From a virus (taxonomy: Duplodnaviria; Caudoviricetes), in the IMG/VR virus record IMGVR_UViG_3300033513_000001, positions 25,431 to 89,430 of that record: DNA of 64,000 bases; one strand, 5' to 3'. This document shows positions 1 to 7,651 of the stretch, piece by piece. The notes beneath the pieces were generated by a model. That model searched no databases. It saw nothing but the letters and a program-made list of their open reading frames with translations, and was not told the DNA's origin. Each line of letters opens with the position of its first letter. The first letter of the stretch is position 1. The translations under genes and the position numbers were made by a program.

Positions 1-55
1 TATCAAATCATGGTCGCAGCCGAAGCACAAACTTCTGCTGGTTGGGGAGGATGAT

Positions 56-3000
56 ATGACCAATGTTGTTGTGAACATCCCTATCTCGGCTTTGAAAGGG
101 GGTGATCCAATCTCAATCTCTGCCCAACAAGCAGACTTGGCGAAGGCGATGCCGCAAGGCCCAAGCATCACGAACGTTCTGATTGCCGCCGACAAGGAAA
201 ACCCGCCAGAGCCGATTGCACAGAAGCCTGACTTCTCGGTGAATGTGGTGGACGACCAGAAGAAAGTCCTGCCTATCAGTCCAGACTTGGCGAATGTCGA
301 GAGCGGGGCGCAAGCGGCGGAAAGACACCCGCCTGTGGTGAACATTACGCCCGAAGTGGAGAAGGTCATTGCTCAGTCCGAGTCACAATTGCCAGCGACC
401 TACACGCCGCCCATCGGGGTGCGCGACATCGCAATGCGTGGGCTGGAAGGCGTCAAGGACAACGACGTCGCCAAGCTGATTTCAAGCGGCGCACCCTTGA
501 CGTTGGGCTTTGTTCATTCAATGGTAAGTTACTTTGCAACCCACGAAAGCACCGACCCCAACTGGCAGGTGTGGGGCGGGACTGAGGGGCGCAAGTGGGC
601 TGAGAAGATTGAGCGCAAGGTGGGCAGTGACACCGTTATCAAGGCGGTGCAGGACATCCCTGGGTTGAAACACATTGCGGAAGGCGATTTGCAAAAGTGC
701 GAGAACTGCCAGCACTTCCGCGATATGGCCTGCGGCTATTGCCAGAAGTATGACAGCAAGATTCAGCCCGATTGGGTATGCCAATCGTGGGACAAGTCAA
801 GCGGTCATCCTGACGCCGCTCCGATTGCGGAACAGGGCGGTATGCTGATGGACGCACAGAAAGCCGTTTCAACACCAACCGAAACTACCAGCACATCCGA
901 AACCGAAGCGGTGAAAGCCGAGCCTGTAACCGAGTCCACCACAACGGAGGATTCTAAGGCTTGCAAGGCCGATGATGTTGACAAGGCAATTACCGAAGCC
1001 GAAAAACTAGGCAAAGCCGTCGGCATTGAGAACAAGAACTTTGACAAGTCCCTGCCCTATGACGATGAGTTTGAGAAGCGCATCCCGAAGAAGGAAGGCG
1101 AGCCGAAAAGCCCGCCGAAGGGCTACCCGAAGGACGCCAAACTCTACGGCGACCCGGCCAACTTCTCTTGGCCCTGCGACAATCCGGGCCGATGCGCTTC
1201 CGCGATGGCCTACTACAACGCAGGCAAGGGCAAGGGCAAGTACGACGAGCGCGAGTGGCGCATCTTGGGACGCCGCATTGCGCGACTGGTCAATCAACAC
1301 GGTGCTAAAGACGGCACTGTGAAATTCAATCCCCGCACAGGGAAGCTGGAGCGGGAAGCGGAGGGTAAGAAAATGGCGAAGGATTTGAAGACGGCCCGCA
1401 CCCTCGTTGGCGAAGTGCGGGGCAAATTGGACAGTGCGCCAGAAGGCATGACGCCCGAACTCATCGCGCAAGCGGCGAGTGCATTGGACGTTGTGATGAA
1501 CGAGCTATCCGAAGCGACGAACGAACAGGGCGCGGTGATTGGGGCAGAGCCTCCGGCGGTGAAGGCTGCGAAACCCGAAACCAAGCCATCGCCTGAAACG
1601 ACTTCTTCACCGTCTAGCGAGACGACCGAATCGCCTAAGACGGTCAAGAAGGAGGACAAACCTATGAGCGACACGACGACATCCCCGACCACCAGTGTCC
1701 CGTCGCAAGCCGACGTGAAGAAAGTTGAGCCGATGCCGACTCAGCCCCCGGTGGCCTATCAGACGTTCAACATCAACACGGGCAACGTTCACCTGCCGGA
1801 GTTCATCTCCGCGCTTGCGGACGAAGGCAATATGTTCAAGGCTCAGAAGATTGCGGGTCAGGGTTCCAGCTTTGACGAGATGTTTGCCAAAGCGCAGATT
1901 GACTTGCTCAATCAGGGCGGCTGGACGAGCGCCAACGCCCGGCGCGGCATAGGCGGCCTGCCTGCCGCTGGACAGGACTTGTGCTTCAATGCTGACTGGG
2001 GCGGCAAGGACGAGCAACTGAAGAAAGCTATCACGCTTTCCAGCATCCCCGGCATCTACCTGATTCGCCTAGCCAAGCTGATGCTCCCCGTCTATGCGGG
2101 CCTCCGCAATCGCCTGCCGACTCAAACGGCGGCGACGGGCAGCAATCAGGCGATTTGGCGCGTGAAGTCGGGCTTCGGCACGTTCTCGTTCGTGGACGCC
2201 CTGATGAGCGCGGAAAACACCACGGGCGCATCCGTGACCGATACGTTCCTGTCCTTCACTGCGCCCTACCAGCGCGTGACGGTCAACGACAACGTGACGC
2301 TGGAAGCCGTCTACACCACGCGCCAGTACGATGACCCGCTACAAGTGGCAATCATCGGCTCGTTGTCTACCCTGCTTCAATCCGAAGAGATGAAGATTAT
2401 GGGCGACAACTACACTGACCTCGGTGCGCCTTCTGGCACGCCCGTTGCGGCGGCAGTGGCGGGCGCTGGCTTCTCAGCTGGCACGGCGGACACGTTCAAG
2501 GTCTCGGCTCTGTCCTACATCGGCACTCTCGTTCCTGCGAAGGGACAGGTGGGCGCTGTGGACGCTGTTGGCGAGAGCACTCCATCGAGTGTGTCCAGCC
2601 CGACGGTCAATGGCACGACCTCAACTTCTGTAACCCTGACGTGGAACGCCGTCAAGGGCGCTGCGTCCTACAACATCTACTGGGGCTTGAACGGCGCGAA
2701 CTGGTACTGGGTCAAGACCAGCACGGCGACCTCGTGCAGCATCTCGGCGGCTGAGGTTGCGGCGGCTCTGGCGACGAACACGCCCAACACTGGCGATGAG
2801 AGCGGCAACGCTTACGGTTACGAGGGCTTGATTGCTTGGGCCGAGAAATCTACCATCTACTCTCAAGTAACGACCCTCCGCAAGTTCACCGACCAAGCGG
2901 GCGCGGCCCTGACCACGACTTCCAGCGGCATCAGTGAGATTGACTCGGTGCTGTCCTACCTGTGGACGAACTGGAAGACCGCGCCTTCTCTGATGGTGTC

Positions 3001-3412
3001 CAGTCCGGCGAGTCACCAGCACTTTAGCGAGAAAATCATGGCGGCGAACAACCCGGCCATGTACCGCGTCGAGACTAACACCAACTTGGCGGGCGCAATC
3101 GTCGGCGGCGTGTTCGTGACGGGCTACCACAACAAGTTTGCCAACTACGCTTCGGGCCTGCCGAGGGTGATGGACACGATGGCTCACCCGAATATGCCTG
3201 ACGGCACGTTCCTGTTCTTGAGCGAGAACGTCCCGTACCCGATGGCGAGAGAGGCACGCGGACTCGCACTCGACACTCTGATTCCGTACACCTACTTCCC
3301 GTTGGCAGCAGCGACGACCATCAACTACCCATTCGCTATGCTTTGTTCAGAAACGCCCATCTGCTTCCATCCGGCTGGTCAGGCAGCCATTGTAGGTGTG
3401 TCTATCGTGTAG
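56..3412 (+). CDS. Prohead/scaffold region fused in one ORF to major capsid protein (capsid part probably from internal ATG 1664); contains FN3-like insertion
   Basis: GGAGG before ATG 56; N-half has phage head-associated motifs (WGGTEGRKWA; YGDPANFSWP) and low-complexity T/S/E/P scaffold-like linkers; C-half reads like a capsid protein; followed by neck and tail genes; in-frame AAGGAGG-N8-ATG at 1649-1666. Confidence 0.75.
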   Translation: MTNVVVNIPISALKGGDPISISAQQADLAKAMPQGPSITNVLIAADKENPPEPIAQKPDFSVNVVDDQKKVLPISPDLANVESGAQAAERHPPVVNITPEVEKVIAQSESQLPATYTPPIGVRDIAMRGLEGVKDNDVAKLISSGAPLTLGFVHSMVSYFATHESTDPNWQVWGGTEGRKWAEKIERKVGSDTVIKAVQDIPGLKHIAEGDLQKCENCQHFRDMACGYCQKYDSKIQPDWVCQSWDKSSGHPDAAPIAEQGGMLMDAQKAVSTPTETTSTSETEAVKAEPVTESTTTEDSKACKADDVDKAITEAEKLGKAVGIENKNFDKSLPYDDEFEKRIPKKEGEPKSPPKGYPKDAKLYGDPANFSWPCDNPGRCASAMAYYNAGKGKGKYDEREWRILGRRIARLVNQHGAKDGTVKFNPRTGKLEREAEGKKMAKDLKTARTLVGEVRGKLDSAPEGMTPELIAQAASALDVVMNELSEATNEQGAVIGAEPPAVKAAKPETKPSPETTSSPSSETTESPKTVKKEDKPMSDTTTSPTTSVPSQADVKKVEPMPTQPPVAYQTFNINTGNVHLPEFISALADEGNMFKAQKIAGQGSSFDEMFAKAQIDLLNQGGWTSANARRGIGGLPAAGQDLCFNADWGGKDEQLKKAITLSSIPGIYLIRLAKLMLPVYAGLRNRLPTQTAATGSNQAIWRVKSGFGTFSFVDALMSAENTTGASVTDTFLSFTAPYQRVTVNDNVTLEAVYTTRQYDDPLQVAIIGSLSTLLQSEEMKIMGDNYTDLGAPSGTPVAAAVAGAGFSAGTADTFKVSALSYIGTLVPAKGQVGAVDAVGESTPSSVSSPTVNGTTSTSVTLTWNAVKGAASYNIYWGLNGANWYWVKTSTATSCSISAAEVAAALATNTPNTGDESGNAYGYEGLIAWAEKSTIYSQVTTLRKFTDQAGAALTTTSSGISEIDSVLSYLWTNWKTAPSLMVSSPASHQHFSEKIMAANNPAMYRVETNTNLAGAIVGGVFVTGYHNKFANYASGLPRVMDTMAHPNMPDGTFLFLSENVPYPMAREARGLALDTLIPYTYFPLAAATTINYPFAMLCSETPICFHPAGQAAIVGVSIV

Positions 3413-3426
3413 TATCTTGTCGCAGA

Positions 3427-3451
3427 GGGGGCAGGAACGATTCTTGCCCCC
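3427..3451 (+). terminator. GC-rich hairpin after capsid gene (possibly bidirectional terminator)
   Basis: GGGGGCAGGAA-cga-TTCTTGCCCCC between convergent capsid and HNH genes; no clear U-tract. Confidence 0.5.
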
Positions 3452-3458
3452 AAAGCGA

Positions 3459-4208
3459 TTAGGAAAGGTGCTTCCAAGACTTTCGGTTGACTATGTTCAT
3501 GACTGTCATGCGACTCAGACCATACTGTTCAGCAACGTCTTTCTGCATCTTTCCAGAATAAACTAGGCGACGGATTTCCAGAACATCTAGGTCAGTCAAT
3601 TTAGCATTCCAATTCCGTTCGCCGCGAGGCGGGTTGTTCCTGCCCTTTAACATCATGTCTTGGTTGTTGTCAGCGTCAGTACCGACAAACAAGTGGCTTG
3701 GGTTCGTACAGGAAGGTCGGTCGCAGGTATGGCATACCAACTTTCCTTCGGGAATCTCGCCATGTGCAAGAATCCAAGCAACTCGGTGAGCGTGAACCGT
3801 CTTGCCTCTGAATCTAAAGTTGCCGTAGCCAAGTGAATCTTTAGAGCCAGTCCAGTTCCAACACTCTTGGTCTGAGCGTTTGTCAACTTTGGCCCAGAAT
3901 AGGCCCACTGTGTCAACATGGGAATAACGGTTCGAGTTGGCGCAGTGAATGGAACAAAACTTGACGTGCGGGTGTCCCTTGTGGTCAAACTCTTTGCCGC
4001 ACCACTCGCAGGTCTTGGTATGGTCGGTGCAGCGCTGAGTCAGGTTGCACCTGTGGCAATACTTGGCGGTGTTGAGAATGGGCTTACCGCAGAGCGGACA
4101 GGTCTTTCCTTTCTCGTATCTGTACCGAGCATCCCAACACTTGCGACACAGGCCATGAGTACCTGGCGCAGCCGAGACGGTCTTACAATCGTGACATAGT
4201 TTTTTCAT
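3459..4208 (-). CDS. HNH homing endonuclease with N-terminal Zn-ribbon repeats
   Basis: HRVAW...VCHTCDRPSCTNPSHLFVGTDADNNQDM HNH motif; several CxxC pairs; C-terminal HTH-like tail; AGGAGG SD. Confidence 0.9.
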   Translation of the reverse strand: MKKLCHDCKTVSAAPGTHGLCRKCWDARYRYEKGKTCPLCGKPILNTAKYCHRCNLTQRCTDHTKTCEWCGKEFDHKGHPHVKFCSIHCANSNRYSHVDTVGLFWAKVDKRSDQECWNWTGSKDSLGYGNFRFRGKTVHAHRVAWILAHGEIPEGKLVCHTCDRPSCTNPSHLFVGTDADNNQDMMLKGRNNPPRGERNWNAKLTDLDVLEIRRLVYSGKMQKDVAEQYGLSRMTVMNIVNRKSWKHLS

Positions 4209-4240
4209 CGTAGCCTCCTAACAATAGTTTGTGCGATTGA

Positions 4241-4269
4241 ATGATAGCACATATCAGTCAATAGCGCAA
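4241..4269 (-). promoter_or_regulatory. Sigma70-type promoter for the HNH gene
   Basis: Minus strand TTGCGC-N17-TATCAT with extended TG. Confidence 0.5.
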
Positions 4270-4288
4270 GTGGTAGAGTTGATACTTT

Positions 4289-4753
4289 ATGCCAGATGCT
4301 TTCGGTAACACCCTTTTGCCTCTCTTGTCGGAGGTCGCAGAGGATTACGGGTCTGCACTTTACGAAGTCATGCAGCCCTACCCGCCTCCGACGATAGCCA
4401 ACTCGCCCGACAACCCAAAGGGGCGCTGGTACGAGCGCGGCTACGGCGAGAGATGGCGAAGGCGAAACGGAAGCATCGGCGGTCGCCCGACATCGGGGCA
4501 ATTGGGCGACAGGTGGACAAGGACAACCGAGACTCTGGGCGAGGACGAAGTAGACGCAACGGTGGAGAACATCGCTCAGAACGCAATCAGCGGCGCTTAC
4601 TACCCGACCTACGTTCAGGGCGAGGTAGAAGACCAGAGCCGAGTTCACCAGAGCATCGGCTGGAAGTCGGTGGACACAGGACTCAGCGAGACTGAGCCAA
4701 CCCTGGACAGGCTGCTTGATGAAGCGTTGGACAAGTTCTTGGAGGCTCTTTAG
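4289..4753 (+). CDS. Putative neck/tail-completion protein (HK97 gp10-like position)
   Basis: Size and position between capsid and head-tail connector. Confidence 0.55.
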   Translation: MPDAFGNTLLPLLSEVAEDYGSALYEVMQPYPPPTIANSPDNPKGRWYERGYGERWRRRNGSIGGRPTSGQLGDRWTRTTETLGEDEVDATVENIAQNAISGAYYPTYVQGEVEDQSRVHQSIGWKSVDTGLSETEPTLDRLLDEALDKFLEAL

Positions 4754-5359
4754 GTGGATTACACAAGTTTTGAGCAAGTCAAGCTGGAAATCGGCGCTCA
4801 CGAAAACGTGGACGACTCAAAACTTGCCACCTACGTCACGGCGGCCAGCCGAAGCGTTGACCGCTATTGCACGGGCGCACAGGACAGCGCGGGCGATAAC
4901 TATTTCGCTATCAGCACCTTGACCGACGAGGTCTTGACGGGGTGGGCCGACAGCGACAGTTACGTGTCCACCTACCTGCACAAGCCGACAATCAGCGGCG
5001 TCACGGCCCTGTCATGGCGGGTGACGCCGAGAGATTCTTGGACAGCCGTTGCGTCCACTGACATTGTGACGGACGGCTCGCCGCTGGTCAGGGGCTACGC
5101 GCCGGGCTACGTCATCGGAAGAGTGTTTCTCAAAGTGACTTACTCTGGTGGGCTGGCGGCGACTGTGGCGGCGTTGCCGAGCGACTTTGTGGAGAACGTT
5201 GCTGTCATTGCGGCCCGTTTCTACCGCGAGGGCGAGGCGGGTGTCTCGGACGTTATCGGCGTGGGTGACTTGGGGCAATTGATGTATCGCAAGGCTCTGC
5301 CCAACCGCGTCTATCTGTTCTTGGCGGCCTATGTTCGGCGCATCCCGTGGAGGCTCTAG
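4754..5359 (+). CDS. Head-tail connector/adaptor protein
   Basis: YTSFEQVKLEIG...DDSKLATYVTAASRSVDRYC...LPSDF...AARFYR pattern of gp6/gp15-like adaptors. Confidence 0.75.
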   Translation: MDYTSFEQVKLEIGAHENVDDSKLATYVTAASRSVDRYCTGAQDSAGDNYFAISTLTDEVLTGWADSDSYVSTYLHKPTISGVTALSWRVTPRDSWTAVASTDIVTDGSPLVRGYAPGYVIGRVFLKVTYSGGLAATVAALPSDFVENVAVIAARFYREGEAGVSDVIGVGDLGQLMYRKALPNRVYLFLAAYVRRIPWRL

Positions 5360-5830
5360 GTGAGCGTCACCGATGTAATGGCTGGCCTCGCCATAGTGGA
5401 AACGAGGCTCAAGACAGCGGGGACAATCAACCACGTCTTTGACGTTGCGCCGAACAGCATCAATCCTGCTGACCTGCCATGCTTTGTCAATATGCCGGGG
5501 CAGGAGCGGGTCAAGTGGGAAGGCGGGAGCGACGAGTCGGAAACGGCGGGGCTGGCGACAAGGGTCTACCACTGTTTGCTCTACGTCGTGCCGAGGGGCG
5601 TGGGCGTAAGCGGCGAGATTGTCAGGGTGACACTGCCTGTTCTGGACTTGGCGAGAGTCGAGTTTCAAGGCAGCCAGTCTCTCGGCGGCAAGAAAGGAAT
5701 CGTCCGGGTGAATTACTTGGGCGACAGCGGAGTGCGCGAGTTGACCTACGTGGGCATGGGCTACATCGGGGTTGACATCCAAGTGGAAGTGACGGAGAGG
5801 ATTGTGGCTTACTATGCTGACAGTGAGTAA
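5360..5830 (+). CDS. Putative tail terminator/completion protein
   Basis: Size and position directly before major tail gene; abutting genes. Confidence 0.6.
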   Translation: MSVTDVMAGLAIVETRLKTAGTINHVFDVAPNSINPADLPCFVNMPGQERVKWEGGSDESETAGLATRVYHCLLYVVPRGVGVSGEIVRVTLPVLDLARVEFQGSQSLGGKKGIVRVNYLGDSGVRELTYVGMGYIGVDIQVEVTERIVAYYADSE

Positions 5831-5889
5831 GCATACCCAAGCCGGTTGAGGAAGGAACTCCGGCGCAGGACTTTTAGGAGGAATAGAAA

Positions 5890-6723
5890 ATGGCAGTTCC
5901 AAGTTCACTTTTCGCAACCGTTGGGTTTAGGAACTTGCGAGTGTTCGCACTGGACAGCAACGGTTACATGGCGGCGACGACCTCGACGACGGCCTACGAG
6001 GGCATTCGCGTCACCAAGAGCAAGGTCTTGACCCTCACGCACCCAGAGGCGCGGCTCATCATCCATCACGGCGATGACCGAATCTTCTCTCTGGACACCT
6101 TGCCGCCCACCGAGCCGCTGACGGGCGAGATTACGCTTGCCAACTTCAATCTTGAGTTTGACGCGCTGGTGGGCAATGTCCTAGTCGTCACGCAGAACGA
6201 AATCAAGATGATTTTGGTGGCGAGCGACCAGCAGGGCAACGAGCCGCTGGTGGGCCTGTTCGCCTATCAACAGGGCTTGGACGCGGACGACACTTCGGCT
6301 GAGTTCAATGAGCGCCGCTGGCACTTTGCAATGATGCCGAAGGCATGGTGCATCAAGCGTATGCCGCCCGCGAATGCGGACGCGGCCAACCCGCTGTACA
6401 CCGTGCGCCCGAACTTTGTCACCAAGTACCTGACAGGCAATGCGTTCGCCTCTACGACTGAGGGGGCGACCCAAGCCCAACTTGTTCATGGTGTGGCGAA
6501 CTACAAGCCCAAGCTGGTAGCGTGGAAGTCCACCACGTCGGGCGAGACGTTCTACCCGTTCCCGACTGCCACTCCTGCCGTCTCTGGCGACACGATGGGC
6601 ATCCCGATTGTGTGCGATGCGGCGGCTCTCAAGGCCGCCAATGTGACCTACAGCACCACAGGCATCACGCTTTCCAGCACAACGGTTGGCAACATCATCT
6701 CGTGTATGTACGAGACGAGTTAG
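5890..6723 (+). CDS. Major tail (tube) protein
   Basis: AGGAGG SD; 277 aa; position before chaperone and tape measure. Confidence 0.7.
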   Translation: MAVPSSLFATVGFRNLRVFALDSNGYMAATTSTTAYEGIRVTKSKVLTLTHPEARLIIHHGDDRIFSLDTLPPTEPLTGEITLANFNLEFDALVGNVLVVTQNEIKMILVASDQQGNEPLVGLFAYQQGLDADDTSAEFNERRWHFAMMPKAWCIKRMPPANADAANPLYTVRPNFVTKYLTGNAFASTTEGATQAQLVHGVANYKPKLVAWKSTTSGETFYPFPTATPAVSGDTMGIPIVCDAAALKAANVTYSTTGITLSSTTVGNIISCMYETS

Positions 6724-6742
6724 TATGTACGAGACGAGCTAG
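6704..6742 (+). repeat. 19-nt tandem duplication of the tail gene 3' end
   Basis: TATGTACGAGACGAGTTAG followed by TATGTACGAGACGAGCTAG. Confidence 0.85.
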
Positions 6743-6814
6743 CGGGTCTAGCGCAGACGGTTCTCCTAACTCTCTACGCGGTTTGTGCGGAATCGGCTCT
6801 GCGCCGAAACCGGA

Positions 6815-6846
6815 CGGGCAGAGGACACGCCCCCGTTCTCTGCCCG
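6815..6846 (+). terminator. Hairpin between major tail and chaperone genes
   Basis: CGGGCAGAGGAC ... GTTCTCTGCCCG. Confidence 0.45.
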
Positions 6847-6878
6847 CCTTCGTACAAGCGGGGGCAAAAGGGGGCACG

Positions 6879-7364
6879 ATGCAAACTAAGACCATCACGT
6901 ATCAAGACGCAGAAGTCTCGGCGGAGTTGACCATCGGGCGGGCCAACTATCGCATGGGGCTTGTCCATTCCTCTTTGATTGACTCCGCACGCGAACGCCT
7001 GTTCCCAAAAAAGAAAACCGAGCAGGACAAGGAAAAAAAGCCTGAACCTCCTCGTTACGATGAGGATTATTGGATTGGCTTGTTCTCTTATCCTGCCCTG
7101 TGTGCGGGGACGGTCAAAGGTGTGATTGCGCTGACCCCAAAGGCTTACACAACCGTTGTGGACGGTCAGAGCATGGAGGTAAGCGGGTGTTCCCAATACA
7201 ATCTTGACCTTCACAATCACATCACTTGGGAGCAATATGAAGACCTGCCCGAAGAACTGGTGACGCAGTGGGAGAACGCCGTCTTTGAACTTAATCCCCA
7301 CTGGCTACCCGCGAAGCCGAAGGACGAGCAAAAAAAAGCAGTTGGCGAGTCTACCGAAAGTTAG
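6879..7364 (+). CDS. Tail assembly chaperone (gpG-like)
   Basis: ATG 6879 after purine-rich SD; precedes tape measure; A8 slippery run at 7330-7337. Confidence 0.75.
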   Translation: MQTKTITYQDAEVSAELTIGRANYRMGLVHSSLIDSARERLFPKKKTEQDKEKKPEPPRYDEDYWIGLFSYPALCAGTVKGVIALTPKAYTTVVDGQSMEVSGCSQYNLDLHNHITWEQYEDLPEELVTQWENAVFELNPHWLPAKPKDEQKKAVGESTES

Positions 7365-7651
7365 CCAAGCGGGGAAAGGGCAAAGACCCCAGAGGCGATT
7401 CGGAAGAAAGCCTTGTACCCGTTGAACTGCACGACCCGGAGTTTGCATTTTACGTCTATGACTTGATGGAAGCGTTCGACTGGCGCTTCCTTCCATCGCA
7501 ACTGTTGGCAGAGGATGAAGCCCTAATGGATGACCTGTTCACCATCAGCCAGATGTCAAGTTGGGTGAAGGAAGCGGGCGAGATTGAGCAGATGTCAAGT
7601 TGGTCTGACAAGGTAGTGCAATGGCGGGAAAAGCAACTGAAAGAATCCTGA
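7330..7651 (+). CDS. -1 frameshift extension of tail chaperone (gpT-like)
   Basis: -1 frame is open from the A8 run to stop 7651 and includes track ORF 7463..7651 (DWRFLPSQLLAEDE). Confidence 0.7.

Noticed and set aside
4205-5917. Long antisense ORFs (4205..4801, 5012..5917) and similar shadows elsewhere
   Set aside because: Opposite well-supported genes in GC-rich DNA, with no motifs or SD.
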